DNA of 42,549 nt. Source: a virus (Duplodnaviria; Caudoviricetes). The stretch lies in the IMG/VR virus record IMGVR_UViG_3300032332_000905, positions 1 to 42,549 of that record; one strand, written 5' to 3'. The notes beneath the pieces are model-generated. The model had not been told where the DNA came from. It saw nothing but the letters and a program-made list of their open reading frames with translations, and did not search any database. Below, in pieces: positions 18,317 to 28,307 of the stretch (within the stretch, counting starts at the first letter, position 1; each line of letters starts with the position of its first letter). The translations under genes and the position numbers were made by a program.

Positions 18317-21300
18317 TTATCCTCTATTTAAACTTGCCATATTACTATTATTTACACCAACGAGAACTGGGAACATAATAGTTTTATTTCCACCAGAAGA
18401 TACTGGGACTGGTTTTTCAATGATAATTGGTTGAATTGCGAGCATTATTCCTCCTCCACTATCATAAGATGGATAAGATGAAAGTGATGAATAGTTTCTT
18501 CTATTTGGTCCTTCTATGAGACCACCACCTTGAAGACCCATATTTCTACGTCCCTGCTCAGCATTTTTAAAATCTTCGATAATCCGAGTATATTTTTTAT
18601 TAGAAACTTTAATAACATTTCCCTTTTCATCTGTAATTTCATTGGTGCCAAAGTTTGCGGTATACATTTTACCGTCAAATCCCAAAAATTTACGAGGTGG
18701 TGGTATTGGTCTTATTGGTTGTGGTTTATTTCCACCTAACCCAAACAATCTCTGCCACCAATTTGGTTCTGGTTGTGGTTGGTTATTATTAGATTGTTCT
18801 GAAAGTTGTGAAAATGTTCTTGATCCTTGTTGTATTGTTATTTTGTCCTGTGGTGTTAGTGATGGCGGTTTTCGTGGTTTTGATGGTTGTCCTGGTTTGG
18901 GGGGTTCTGGTGGTTGTCCTGGTTTTGATGTAGTTGGTTGTTGTGTATTTGTTGATCCACTTACTGAACCTTTTGGAACTAACACGATTACTTGTTTTAC
19001 GCTACCATATATTGCATCACCGCGAGATTTTCCATTGAATAAATTTTTTCCACCATTTCTTGCAATTGCAGAATCAAACCCACTAGAACTTCCTGGATTA
19101 GCATTCCAATCTTTATGCATAGTTTGAAACACTAATGCCCCACTGGGGACTTTATTTGAATTGACTGCAGAAACATATTGTGAATATGTCATCACATTAA
19201 CATTTGCAGTCTCTCCTAAACTACTTTTCAACACAAAAGGTATCCCAACTCCTGGTAAAGAAACCCATCCATATTTCTTAATCATTCCGATAATGAGACC
19301 TCTCGGATGACTTTGAGGATCACGATCAGCACCAGTTACACTATATGGAGTAATTATTTTATTTTTTTCCATAGTCATAATAACCGCATATGTGCATCTA
19401 CCCTTACCAGCATATTGCAAATTTTGAGTTGTTCCTAATGTTGAAAGAATTGGATTTTTGTTATCAACAGAACCAACAGTCCCAGTTGTAGCAAATTCTT
19501 TTGATATTCTAGATGCATTTAATACTCTATTGTCAAATCCAGATTGTCCTGCGACTTCTCCCGATCTTTCAAACTCTTTTAACCAAACAATAGCGGATTG
19601 TTCGGCACTTGTTGCTTTTTTTAATGCAGCATATGCCTTTTTCTCTTTTGCTTTTAATTCCCAGATTAATCCTGCAATTTGCCCATCTATGCTGTTTGGA
19701 TCTTTTCCAATTGACCTAATATAAGCAGATACCGCAGGCCATCTATCTATTTTATCCCATTGTGCAATTCCATAATGACCATTACGTACTTCATTATGTG
19801 CAGTTGGATCTAAATTTTTAGTACCTCCACCAGATTCTTGCATCAAATTTCCCACTACTCCTGCTGCTTGATTTGCAGTAAATCCTTCTGCTATGAAAGC
19901 ATTAAATACTTTTCCTGCATTTGTTGTATCTCCAACTCCACCACCAGATCCAGGCATTTCTGTGGGTGATCCATTTCCACCACCCATAACTTTTTTACTT
20001 AATTCTTTTTTGATATTTTGAATAACTTCATTCACTTTTGATTTGAGTAAAGTATCCTTTGAGAAAGAATTTGAAAAATTATTACCCAAATCTTGACCCA
20101 TAGCAAGATCAACACCAGCAGCCATTAAAATTCCTGCTTCTCCACCTTCCTTCAATATTTTGGCCGTATTAGTCAGTGCCTTATATGGATTTGGTCTTTT
20201 TCCCCTATTTTTTTCTTTTTCCTTTTTATAACTTTGAGCATCTCCTGCTAATGGATCGCCAGCCGCATCTGTTGCATTCATCCAATCCGTTACTGATAAT
20301 ATATCATCAGGATTTTGATACAATTTCTTAATCTTTTTTTCTCCACCAACATTTTTTCCTGGTTTTGTTGGTTGTGGAATTAACTTCTTTCGTTTTCTTT
20401 GTTGTGTTCCAGAAGTTCTTCCTATTGGACGATTAATTGATACGCCACCTCTAGTTACTGGACCACCACTTGCTTTCTTTTGAATTGGTTTTTTTGGTCC
20501 TGTCGGTTTCTTATTTTCAAATAAGACTTCATATAATTTTGCAGCAAGTTCGGCACCTACCCATCCCAAGGCAAAAGTTCCAAATCCTGGCAGAATCAGA
20601 GATCCAACAGCACCTAATAAGACAGTACCAACACCTCTAAATGCTGCTTTTCCCAATGGATCACCAAGAGCAGCAGAAAGACCAAACTCTATCAAACCAC
20701 CAACAACTGGAAATTTGGTTAATGGACCTTTTGCAACTCTCAATAATTGACGAACTGCTATTTTTCCTCCTACTTTTTCTACTGTTCCAGATGCTACTTT
20801 TCCTGCTGTTCGTGCAGCGACCCCTTCTGTTGTCCTTGCTGCTGCTTTTGTTGCATTTGCTGTTACCTTTTCGGCAACTTTCTTTGATTGACTATTAAAT
20901 CCTTTAATAGCACCGGTAAGTGCCATTCCACCGATTAGAACATAATTAATATACTCATTCAGTTTTCCAGATAAGTTATCAAACTCTTTTTCTGCCTTTT
21001 CTCCACCAATACCTTTTACAATTTCTCGTGTTTTGTCATATATCTTATATCCACGATCAATGAAATTGACAAAAGTTTCTAATAAAAATTTAAATATATT
21101 TTCAGCAACATTATAAATTCCACCTATAACCTTTACAATTCCAAGTAATTTTGGAAGTTGATCTTGAAACTTTGTGAATAACCAACCAAGAGCAGTAAAA
21201 AATATAAATCTCTTAATTCTATCCAAGAAACCCATTCCTGGGACTGAAAGAGATGGAAGATTAAACTTCTTTGACTCTTTGGGTGCTTCTAATTTTTGCT

Positions 21301-21574
21301 CTTCCTTCTGAAAGTCTGCATTTTCTTTTTCCTTTCTTTTCTTATTTTGCTTCTTTTTATCTTCACTTAATAAAGATTTCAGAAGAGAATCTATATTAAT
21401 TAAAGTTTTTTTGATATCTTCAAATTCTTTTTCATCATCTTTAGAACCTATAAGTTTTTTTGTATCAATTTTTTTAGTACTAACATTAAGCGACAAGTTA
21501 CTGGAACTTACTTTCGCAAGACTTCCTCCTTTGCTCTGTGATGGTGGTAATAACTTTTGTGGATTGATTGCCAT
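18317..21574 (-). CDS. Tape-measure-like virion protein with a phage tail lysozyme domain (1085 aa)
   Basis: Coiled-coil and hydrophobic N-terminal half; GFTANQAAGVVGNLMQES...GIAQW...R...FERS (Phage_lysozyme2-type); Pro-rich linker. Confidence 0.75.
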   Translation of the reverse strand: MAINPQKLLPPSQSKGGSLAKVSSSNLSLNVSTKKIDTKKLIGSKDDEKEFEDIKKTLINIDSLLKSLLSEDKKKQNKKRKEKENADFQKEEQKLEAPKESKKFNLPSLSVPGMGFLDRIKRFIFFTALGWLFTKFQDQLPKLLGIVKVIGGIYNVAENIFKFLLETFVNFIDRGYKIYDKTREIVKGIGGEKAEKEFDNLSGKLNEYINYVLIGGMALTGAIKGFNSQSKKVAEKVTANATKAAARTTEGVAARTAGKVASGTVEKVGGKIAVRQLLRVAKGPLTKFPVVGGLIEFGLSAALGDPLGKAAFRGVGTVLLGAVGSLILPGFGTFALGWVGAELAAKLYEVLFENKKPTGPKKPIQKKASGGPVTRGGVSINRPIGRTSGTQQRKRKKLIPQPTKPGKNVGGEKKIKKLYQNPDDILSVTDWMNATDAAGDPLAGDAQSYKKEKEKNRGKRPNPYKALTNTAKILKEGGEAGILMAAGVDLAMGQDLGNNFSNSFSKDTLLKSKVNEVIQNIKKELSKKVMGGGNGSPTEMPGSGGGVGDTTNAGKVFNAFIAEGFTANQAAGVVGNLMQESGGGTKNLDPTAHNEVRNGHYGIAQWDKIDRWPAVSAYIRSIGKDPNSIDGQIAGLIWELKAKEKKAYAALKKATSAEQSAIVWLKEFERSGEVAGQSGFDNRVLNASRISKEFATTGTVGSVDNKNPILSTLGTTQNLQYAGKGRCTYAVIMTMEKNKIITPYSVTGADRDPQSHPRGLIIGMIKKYGWVSLPGVGIPFVLKSSLGETANVNVMTYSQYVSAVNSNKVPSGALVFQTMHKDWNANPGSSSGFDSAIARNGGKNLFNGKSRGDAIYGSVKQVIVLVPKGSVSGSTNTQQPTTSKPGQPPEPPKPGQPSKPRKPPSLTPQDKITIQQGSRTFSQLSEQSNNNQPQPEPNWWQRLFGLGGNKPQPIRPIPPPRKFLGFDGKMYTANFGTNEITDEKGNVIKVSNKKYTRIIEDFKNAEQGRRNMGLQGGGLIEGPNRRNYSSLSSYPSYDSGGGIMLAIQPIIIEKPVPVSSGGNKTIMFPVLVGVNNSNMASLNRG

Positions 21575-24111
21575 TATCCTACTATCCCATAGATACTTGC
21601 ATTCATTGACCTATCTGCAGCACCACTTGGAGAAACAGCAGAGAAAGAAATCTCTGGTGTTCCTTCCGCTCCTGCCTTCATACCCCCACCAGATGATTGT
21701 GTAATTGGAGGAAGAGTTATCATTCCACCACGACCCGCTTTAGATGATAATGGACCTGGTGTATATCTGCTTGATCTTCTTCCAAGTCTTGCTGCGTTTG
21801 AATTGCTATCAGTCATCGCAACAAGGGTATTCAGTATTTTTTCTCCACCGATAGCATTTACGGTCATTTTGGGAAGAATATACTCTCCTGGTTGCAAATT
21901 AACTTGCTGTCTATCTGCAGTCGCACCAGCAATATTCATTCCAGTATTTTCTTTTACAGAACCTATAAGACCACCACCTTGTTTTTTTGTACCTTTTGTG
22001 TTTGCACTTGAGGAACCAATACCAAATAAAGAATTTACAAAGTTTCCAGATTGTTGAAATATATTTTGTAGAAATCCATTTTTATTTTTAGGCGATGCTT
22101 TTGAGATAGATTTTGAGATATTTGGAGTACTTCCATAATTAATACCATTAGGAAATCCTTGAATTCTCCGAAGATTTTCTTGAGTTTCAGAAAGACCATT
22201 ATATCCACCATTAATATTATAAACAAATGATTTAGTATCTCCTTTTTTTGCTATATTGGAAAAATTAACACCAGTAATTTTTTCTCTATCTTCCAGATAA
22301 TATATCGCAGATAAAGCTTGTATTTTAGGATTTGATGCTAATAAATCTGGATTTTTGACCACATCAAATCCAATATAATTATTTGATTTTAACCATTTAT
22401 TAAATCCTTCATAATTTGATCTACCAGTTAATTGTATTGCTCCCCTTCCTCTAAAATTATATCCATCATCGGGTCCTTTATTACCAATATCTCCTCTATT
22501 ACCATACTTTTCCGAAAAATAAGTGTATCCAGGTTTTTCTGGAGGATCATTTGGATTTGAATCGTACATTTCTTTTGACCTACTAAAATTAGAAGATTCT
22601 TCAAGAAGTCTTGCTGTTAGTTGATTTAAGAATTTTTTATCACCCCATCCCTTTTCTTTAAATCTTCCTGTCTGAAGTATATTATAAAGAATAGGAATTG
22701 ATTGTGATAAAGTAGGATCAACTTTATAATCATTTCTTTCGGAAAATCTTTTTCCAAGACTTAGTATTGAGGGTGATGATGATTTTCCACCACCAACCAT
22801 TCCGCCAGTAGCAAATCTCTCAACTACTCCACCAGTGCTATAAACCCTACTCATTTTTGGTTTATTTGCACCAGGACCACCATATTGCCTATTCAATCCA
22901 AGAAAAGTATCAGCACCAACTGCATCAACAGTTTCTTTATTCATTACTATTTCACCAGGTCGTGCAGCAATCATTTGAGTATCTACACCAAGTCCCGATA
23001 CTTTTTGACCTGTATTTCCGTCTATTCCTCCATATCCATTTGATAAATCCATTATAGTTCCACCGGTTGCTAACGGTTGTAATAAACCATAAGGTGTCGT
23101 TGGACCCATATTTCCAACAGTAGGAACCTTGTCGGTCATAGTGTCGGTTCCTTGAACACCCAATCCCTTTCCGGTTTGTGCTTTTGCTTTATTTTGTGCC
23201 TGAACAGAAGCTGCCTTTCTTTGCCCTGTGATTTCATTTGCAAGTAAAGCTGTCCCTGCAATAGCTGCCGGAACAGCAACCCAAGGATTTAATGCCAATC
23301 CTTTAATGGCATTTGCAATCTGTGGAATTAACTTGACCAATCTTCCTGCAAAAGATCCAACGATACCTAAAGTACCTCTAACAAATTTTCCAAATGGAGT
23401 CAAGAAAAGAACAACAGCACCTAATAAAGTAGGCCACCAATCTTTTATAAATCTACCAAGAGTATCTATTTTCTCTTTATTTTTCTTATCTCCCAACCAA
23501 TCCAATAATTGAGTGAATGCTCTTCCTAATAAAGTAAAGAATATAAATCTCCAAATTCTATCAATAATATCCTGAAATGGTGCAAGTATTTTTTTTGCAA
23601 CACCAGATACGGCAGATATTCCTTTTTTAAATCCTTCTAATCCCTCTTCTCTTTTTGTTCTTCTATCAGTTTCTTCCTGTTTTTTATCAATGTCACTCTG
23701 TTTTTTGTCAACTTTAAATTGACTTTTTAATGTTGATACAATTGAGTTGAGAATTTTGAGTATTTCATCAAAACCACTCTTTGGTTGCTCTATATTTGCT
23801 TCTTCTGGTTTCTTTTTGACAATTGATAAATCTGATAAAGGTGCCTTGACAAGAGCACCACCTTTTTCTATTCTGCCAGCACCCGCAGAATTTTTTTTCA
23901 TTAAAACTTTTTCAACAAAAGTTTTAAAGTCTACTTTGTTTTTTCTATAAAGATTAAGTCCTTCTTTTCTTTCTTCTGGTGTTGCATTTAAATCAGTACC
24001 AGGAATTTTACCTTGAGCGATCAATTCTTGCCTATATCTTTCTACTACATCTCCACCAAAAAATGCTAATGTTGATATTTTTTTATTTGTTGAATTTAAA
24101 TTATCCGCCAT
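21574..24111 (-). CDS. Tape-measure-like virion protein with a GH19 domain (845 aa)
   Basis: GN...DDGYNFRGRGAIQLTGRSNY, NPDLL and INGGYNGL GH19 motifs; N-terminal half is paralogous to the 1085-aa gene. Confidence 0.8.
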   Translation of the reverse strand: MADNLNSTNKKISTLAFFGGDVVERYRQELIAQGKIPGTDLNATPEERKEGLNLYRKNKVDFKTFVEKVLMKKNSAGAGRIEKGGALVKAPLSDLSIVKKKPEEANIEQPKSGFDEILKILNSIVSTLKSQFKVDKKQSDIDKKQEETDRRTKREEGLEGFKKGISAVSGVAKKILAPFQDIIDRIWRFIFFTLLGRAFTQLLDWLGDKKNKEKIDTLGRFIKDWWPTLLGAVVLFLTPFGKFVRGTLGIVGSFAGRLVKLIPQIANAIKGLALNPWVAVPAAIAGTALLANEITGQRKAASVQAQNKAKAQTGKGLGVQGTDTMTDKVPTVGNMGPTTPYGLLQPLATGGTIMDLSNGYGGIDGNTGQKVSGLGVDTQMIAARPGEIVMNKETVDAVGADTFLGLNRQYGGPGANKPKMSRVYSTGGVVERFATGGMVGGGKSSSPSILSLGKRFSERNDYKVDPTLSQSIPILYNILQTGRFKEKGWGDKKFLNQLTARLLEESSNFSRSKEMYDSNPNDPPEKPGYTYFSEKYGNRGDIGNKGPDDGYNFRGRGAIQLTGRSNYEGFNKWLKSNNYIGFDVVKNPDLLASNPKIQALSAIYYLEDREKITGVNFSNIAKKGDTKSFVYNINGGYNGLSETQENLRRIQGFPNGINYGSTPNISKSISKASPKNKNGFLQNIFQQSGNFVNSLFGIGSSSANTKGTKKQGGGLIGSVKENTGMNIAGATADRQQVNLQPGEYILPKMTVNAIGGEKILNTLVAMTDSNSNAARLGRRSSRYTPGPLSSKAGRGGMITLPPITQSSGGGMKAGAEGTPEISFSAVSPSGAADRSMNASIYGIVG

Positions 24112-24280
24112 TGGATTGTTTCTGCTTGAGTTCTTCTTCCTCTAAATGATTTTTTAGGAGAGAAACGTAAATATCTCTCTCCCACGGCATCATATTTTCA
24201 AGTTCTGTTAATGAATATTTATGATATTGAACCAAAGCAAAATTAAGTTTATAATAACTTTCAAGATCCATATGGATCAT
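24101..24280 (-). CDS. gp51: gp51-like baseplate hub assembly protein (59 aa)
   Basis: Below the ORF-track cutoff; MIHMDLESYYKLNFALVQYHKYSLTELENMMPWERDIYVSLLKNHLEEEELKQKQSNGG. Confidence 0.85.
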   Translation of the reverse strand: MIHMDLESYYKLNFALVQYHKYSLTELENMMPWERDIYVSLLKNHLEEEELKQKQSNGG

Positions 24281-24282
24281 TC

Positions 24283-25002
24283 CTATGCGAAAAAACTTGC
24301 TAACCCTTCAAGAACAACTTCACTTTCAACTTTTGTTTTTGGATTTATTACTTTAATTGTATGCGACAGTTTTGGCATTGTCTCAAAGAACTTTTCAATT
24401 TGCTTAAATTGAGTAGTATTCATTTGATCCATAAATTCTGTGAGTTCCTTTTTGGTCACATCAGAAGCAGACCATACCTCGTCTTCTGTATAGATTTTAT
24501 CAATACAAGATGAAATCATATCAAATGATTGGTCCATTGTATTTTGATCTGTGAGATCAAAATTACTCTTAATAAACTGTTCTAGTGATGGATACTTCAT
24601 TTCCATCATAATAGAGTCATCAATTTTAATTTGCTTATTATGCTCCTCGTTCTTTTGAACTTTAATATCATCAACATTAATCGTTACAGGAACTGTAGTT
24701 TCTTCATCATCAGGACAGATAATATTGACTTCAATATCTTCTCCAACTGATTTTCCACGAATATTGAGAAACAAGAACTCAATATCAAAGGTTGGTAAGG
24801 TTTCTATTTTGACATTTTTTGTTTCAATACAATTTTTAATGACCGTTTTGATTGCAGTGGTAATCTGTTTAGTATCTTCTGATTCCATAGCAAGAACAAG
24901 AAGTTTTTCTTCTCTTACCAGAAACGGTCTGAATTTAATCTTTTGTCCTGTTGATGGCAACTCAAGTTCATAAGTTGGCGTAGAAATACGAGGCAATACC
25001 AT
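24283..25002 (-). CDS. gp26: gp26-like baseplate hub subunit / assembly chaperone
   Basis: LP....PTYELELPSTG.KIKFRPFLVREEK.L, FDIEFLFLNIRGKSVGE, KFFETMP, EGLASFF. Confidence 0.9.
   Translation of the reverse strand: MVLPRISTPTYELELPSTGQKIKFRPFLVREEKLLVLAMESEDTKQITTAIKTVIKNCIETKNVKIETLPTFDIEFLFLNIRGKSVGEDIEVNIICPDDEETTVPVTINVDDIKVQKNEEHNKQIKIDDSIMMEMKYPSLEQFIKSNFDLTDQNTMDQSFDMISSCIDKIYTEDEVWSASDVTKKELTEFMDQMNTTQFKQIEKFFETMPKLSHTIKVINPKTKVESEVVLEGLASFFA
24289..24295 (-). promoter_or_regulatory. Candidate -1 ribosomal frameshift heptamer T_TTT_TTC
   Basis: AGT TTT TTC GCA TAG; the -1 frame reads TTT TTT CGC ATA GGA ATG ATC CAT ATG into gp51. Confidence 0.6.
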
Positions 25003-25088
25003 TTTTTCAATTTAATTGTTGATTATTGAGTTATTTAGATTAGTTTATTTCAACTCTCAATTTTGAGTCAATTCCTCTTGAACGTTGA

Positions 25089-25928
25089 TTATTTGAGTCT
25101 CTGAGAATAATAAGATATTTGATCCTGAACAGACAAATCACTTAGACCGATTGGGACAGGTGGTGTATTGGAATACTCGTCGTATTTTGCTATTTCATTC
25201 AAATTCAATCCTGTTTTTGGTGTGCTTCCAACAGGACCCAATGGATCATCTATCCATTTTGGCATTAAATCTCTAGTTACAATATATCTGGTATAAGTAA
25301 ATGAAACCGTACATTTTAAAAGTTCAGAAGATTCATAAGAGACTGGCATAGAATTGATTGAAATTGGATATGCGTCAAGAAATCTATATGTTAAAGAAGA
25401 TCCTTCACCATCTCTTTCAAACTTGGTGAGAAAAAGAGGAGATGCACGATATCCTGGTTTTCCACCCTGTGGTCTCGGTTCATTCTTCCCGTCAGGAAAT
25501 CTAAATCTATAGTTATAGGCAGAAGAAACTGATCCAGTTTCATTTGCAATGTATGCAATCCAGTTTTCAAACAACCAAATAATATTATAATCTCCGGTTA
25601 AATTTCCATGATCTACATAAAAAGTAAAATCAGCACGATCATCATATTGCCTACGGTATGCAAATCTTTCAGTTACGCCAGTATAATCATCATTAATTTC
25701 ATTTGTCTGCAATGAAGATCCAGGAAGAGATGCTTCACAACAAGATAATCTAATCAATTCGTCATTAATATTATAATCATAACCAATCGTTCCAAGATAA
25801 ACTCTCACATCAGTTGGAGCATTAAACTGACACTGAAAATGGGACGTAAGTGCTGGTCGCAATAACTTGGATTTTATATCAGATAACTTTACTTTTGTTG
25901 GTTTTGCGAGACCAATAGTTTCTGCCAT
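25089..25928 (-). CDS. Tail-tube family protein (gp54/gp19-like tube initiator)
   Basis: CCEASLPG, FTFYVD, FENWI, DAYPISINSMPVSY, CTVSFTY. Confidence 0.75.
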   Translation of the reverse strand: MAETIGLAKPTKVKLSDIKSKLLRPALTSHFQCQFNAPTDVRVYLGTIGYDYNINDELIRLSCCEASLPGSSLQTNEINDDYTGVTERFAYRRQYDDRADFTFYVDHGNLTGDYNIIWLFENWIAYIANETGSVSSAYNYRFRFPDGKNEPRPQGGKPGYRASPLFLTKFERDGEGSSLTYRFLDAYPISINSMPVSYESSELLKCTVSFTYTRYIVTRDLMPKWIDDPLGPVGSTPKTGLNLNEIAKYDEYSNTPPVPIGLSDLSVQDQISYYSQRLK

Positions 25929-25929
25929 C

Positions 25930-25937
25930 TATAAATA
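25930..25937 (+). promoter_or_regulatory. Late promoter TATAAATA for the gp4 operon
   Basis: Exact T4 late consensus upstream of gp4. Confidence 0.75.
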
Positions 25938-25974
25938 CTTATACTGATATATTATGTAGTCAAGAAATAAGAAT

Positions 25975-26430
25975 ATGCCTCGGGATTCAAAATATAATCA
26001 AGGAAGATTTCATCCTCAAAATCCTGAAAAATATAAAGGTGATGTTCGTAACATTATCTACAGAAGTTCTTGGGAACTTAAGTTTATGCAGTGGTGTGAT
26101 AGAAATCCGAGTGTGATTGAATATGCATCCGAAGAATTCTTCATTCCATACCTTTCTCCCGTTGATGGTAGGGTTCATCGGTATTTTCCCGATTTTCTCA
26201 TCAAAATTAGGGAACAATCTGGAGAGATTAAAAAATATATTATAGAAGTCAAACCAAAAAAACAAACTATTCCTCCAGTACAAACATCCAAAAAAAGAAA
26301 CAAAACATTTATTAATGAAGTTAAGACTTATGTTGTAAATGAGGCAAAATGGAAAGCAGCATCTGAATGGTGTAAAGATCATCTTATGGAGTTTAAGGTT
26401 ATTACCGAACAAGAACTTTTTGGGAATTAA
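25975..26430 (+). CDS. gp4: Head completion nuclease gp4
   Basis: P.NPEKYKGD..NIIYRSSWELKFM.WCD, HRYFPDF, IEVKP, N.AKWKAA. Confidence 0.92.
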   Translation: MPRDSKYNQGRFHPQNPEKYKGDVRNIIYRSSWELKFMQWCDRNPSVIEYASEEFFIPYLSPVDGRVHRYFPDFLIKIREQSGEIKKYIIEVKPKKQTIPPVQTSKKRNKTFINEVKTYVVNEAKWKAASEWCKDHLMEFKVITEQELFGN

Positions 26431-26433
26431 GTA

Positions 26434-26814
26434 ATGGCACAAGGATTTGGAAAGGATATTCAAGTAAGGTCAGATAGAGTTTCCCAACTCAAAAGAAAAA
26501 TCAAAAATATGTATAATTCTGATGATATTATGTTAAGTATTATGGAAGTATTTACTGAAAGTGAACTAATTCCAGAAGTTGGAAACTACTATACCTTTGT
26601 TTATATGGCAAAAACTCCTAAAATCATCTATGACCAATATCCATTAATCGCTGTGACCTCAATAGAACGTTGGGGATTTAGAGGATTTAACTATCATTGG
26701 AATAAGTTTAGAAACTATACTTGGAGAGAAGTGATTGGTAAAATGCATGTGATTAGAGAAAATGAAATTGAATATCTACGTATATTACCTTATGCAAAGT
26801 TCATTGCTAAATAA
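26434..26814 (+). CDS. gp2 DNA-end-protector-like protein (short)
   Basis: G.YYTFVY.AKT....YDQYPLI......GFRGFNYHW. Confidence 0.6.
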   Translation: MAQGFGKDIQVRSDRVSQLKRKIKNMYNSDDIMLSIMEVFTESELIPEVGNYYTFVYMAKTPKIIYDQYPLIAVTSIERWGFRGFNYHWNKFRNYTWREVIGKMHVIRENEIEYLRILPYAKFIAK

Positions 26815-26831
26815 ATAAAACCTTCTCATAA

Positions 26832-26894
26832 ATGTCTCATACTCTACAAAAAATTGAGATGATTATTCCTGTTGAAAATAGGAGGAATTTCTGA
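26832..26894 (+). CDS. Possible 20-aa leader ORF coupled to gp48
   Basis: MSHTLQKIEMIIPVENRRNF, with TGATG overlap. Confidence 0.3.
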   Translation: MSHTLQKIEMIIPVENRRNF

Positions 26895-28306
26895 TGCCTT
26901 GGTGGACTGTATCAAAACCAGCACTTGAAAATGGCGTAACATATGTAAGTAATGCATACAAAAATGAAGATGACAAAAAAAAGAATAAACTAACAACTAT
27001 TAGTCCTGCAAATCCAACTGGTTATATTCTTATAGATCCAAATTCTAATGATGCTATTGTGAAAGGTACTTCTTATGCTGTTCAAACTGATGGAAAAATA
27101 ACTTATAAAGTTGATTTCAACACATATACAACACAGTTCAATAGCATACAAGAAATAGCAAATTTTGGATATACTGGATACAGTCCAGGAACAACTGCAA
27201 AAATAAAAAACGAAATGCAGTACGTATTATCAACATCTGCAAAACGTCAAGGAGTTGGTCCAAGCACAGCACAAACAACAAAACCAGCAGCAGATAAACC
27301 AGCGGCCGCCGCGGCCGCAGGAGGAGATCCAGGAGCAGCAGCAGATAAACAACCACCTCCAAGTGCAGCAAGTGCAGTATCTGAAGTTACAGGAACAAAA
27401 TCATTATCCCCAATACCATTACCAAAAGATCTTGGTACTGTTGGTGAAAGTTATATAAAATATCCTATAGATATGCGGAGTAGTCAAGATAGAATTGTAT
27501 TTACTGCTATGGAAATTGCTAAAGTAGTTAAATCTGATTCAAATAAAATAACACTTCCAAAAAGTGGATTTTCAATGGCGTATACACCAGTAAAAGAGGG
27601 TTTAAAAACCGTAGTTTTGCCAATTCAACCATCAATTTCAGATTCCAATAGTGTTGATTGGGGATCTGGAGAATTAAACGCAATTTATGCAACTGCTGCA
27701 AGGCTTTCTTTGGGTGCTATGGAATCTAAGAGTCAATATGACTTACAAACCGCAATTACTGATGCTATTGGAGTATTCACAAATAGACCTGATGGTGTGG
27801 GAAACTTAGTCAAAACATGGGCTGCAGAAAACGCAGTTGGTGTTCAAAATCTTTTGTCAAGAGTAACTGGGTCTGTTTTAAACCCTAACCTGGAATTGCT
27901 TTTTAATGGACCAGCATTAAGACCTTTTAGTTTTACATTTAAACTTTCACCAAGAAGTGAAAAAGAAGCAGTTGTTGTGAGAAGAATTATAAGATTTTTT
28001 AAGCAAAATATGGCAGTCAGAAAAACAGATGACACCGAATTATTTGTAAAATCTCCATATGTCTTTAGGATTGTATACAATCATGGAGATGTCACTGATA
28101 AATTTCATAAATCAATAAATCGCATTAAGACTTGTGCTCTTCAATCTTTTAACGTTGATTATACACCTCTTAACTCATATATGACCTATGAGGATGATGC
28201 TGCAACAATGGTTTCATATAATATATCACTTCAGTTTACTGAAATTGAACCAGTTTATAGTACTGATTATGAGAAGAATATGGAATCCGACGAGATAGGA
28301 TACTAA
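26894..28306 (+). CDS. gp48: Baseplate tail-tube cap gp48
   Basis: NPNLELLFNGPALRPFSFTFKLSPRS..EA, IIRFFK, CAL....VDYTP, L.FTEIEP; AGGAGG RBS. Confidence 0.88.
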   Translation: MPWWTVSKPALENGVTYVSNAYKNEDDKKKNKLTTISPANPTGYILIDPNSNDAIVKGTSYAVQTDGKITYKVDFNTYTTQFNSIQEIANFGYTGYSPGTTAKIKNEMQYVLSTSAKRQGVGPSTAQTTKPAADKPAAAAAAGGDPGAAADKQPPPSAASAVSEVTGTKSLSPIPLPKDLGTVGESYIKYPIDMRSSQDRIVFTAMEIAKVVKSDSNKITLPKSGFSMAYTPVKEGLKTVVLPIQPSISDSNSVDWGSGELNAIYATAARLSLGAMESKSQYDLQTAITDAIGVFTNRPDGVGNLVKTWAAENAVGVQNLLSRVTGSVLNPNLELLFNGPALRPFSFTFKLSPRSEKEAVVVRRIIRFFKQNMAVRKTDDTELFVKSPYVFRIVYNHGDVTDKFHKSINRIKTCALQSFNVDYTPLNSYMTYEDDAATMVSYNISLQFTEIEPVYSTDYEKNMESDEIGY

Positions 28307-28307
28307 A

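Noticed and set aside
25987-26463. 158-aa minus-strand ORF, and similar shadow ORFs at 18642-19127, 29559-30077, 40190-40588 and 42040-42444
   Set aside because: Each lies fully opposite a well-supported gene and shows no recognisable motif.
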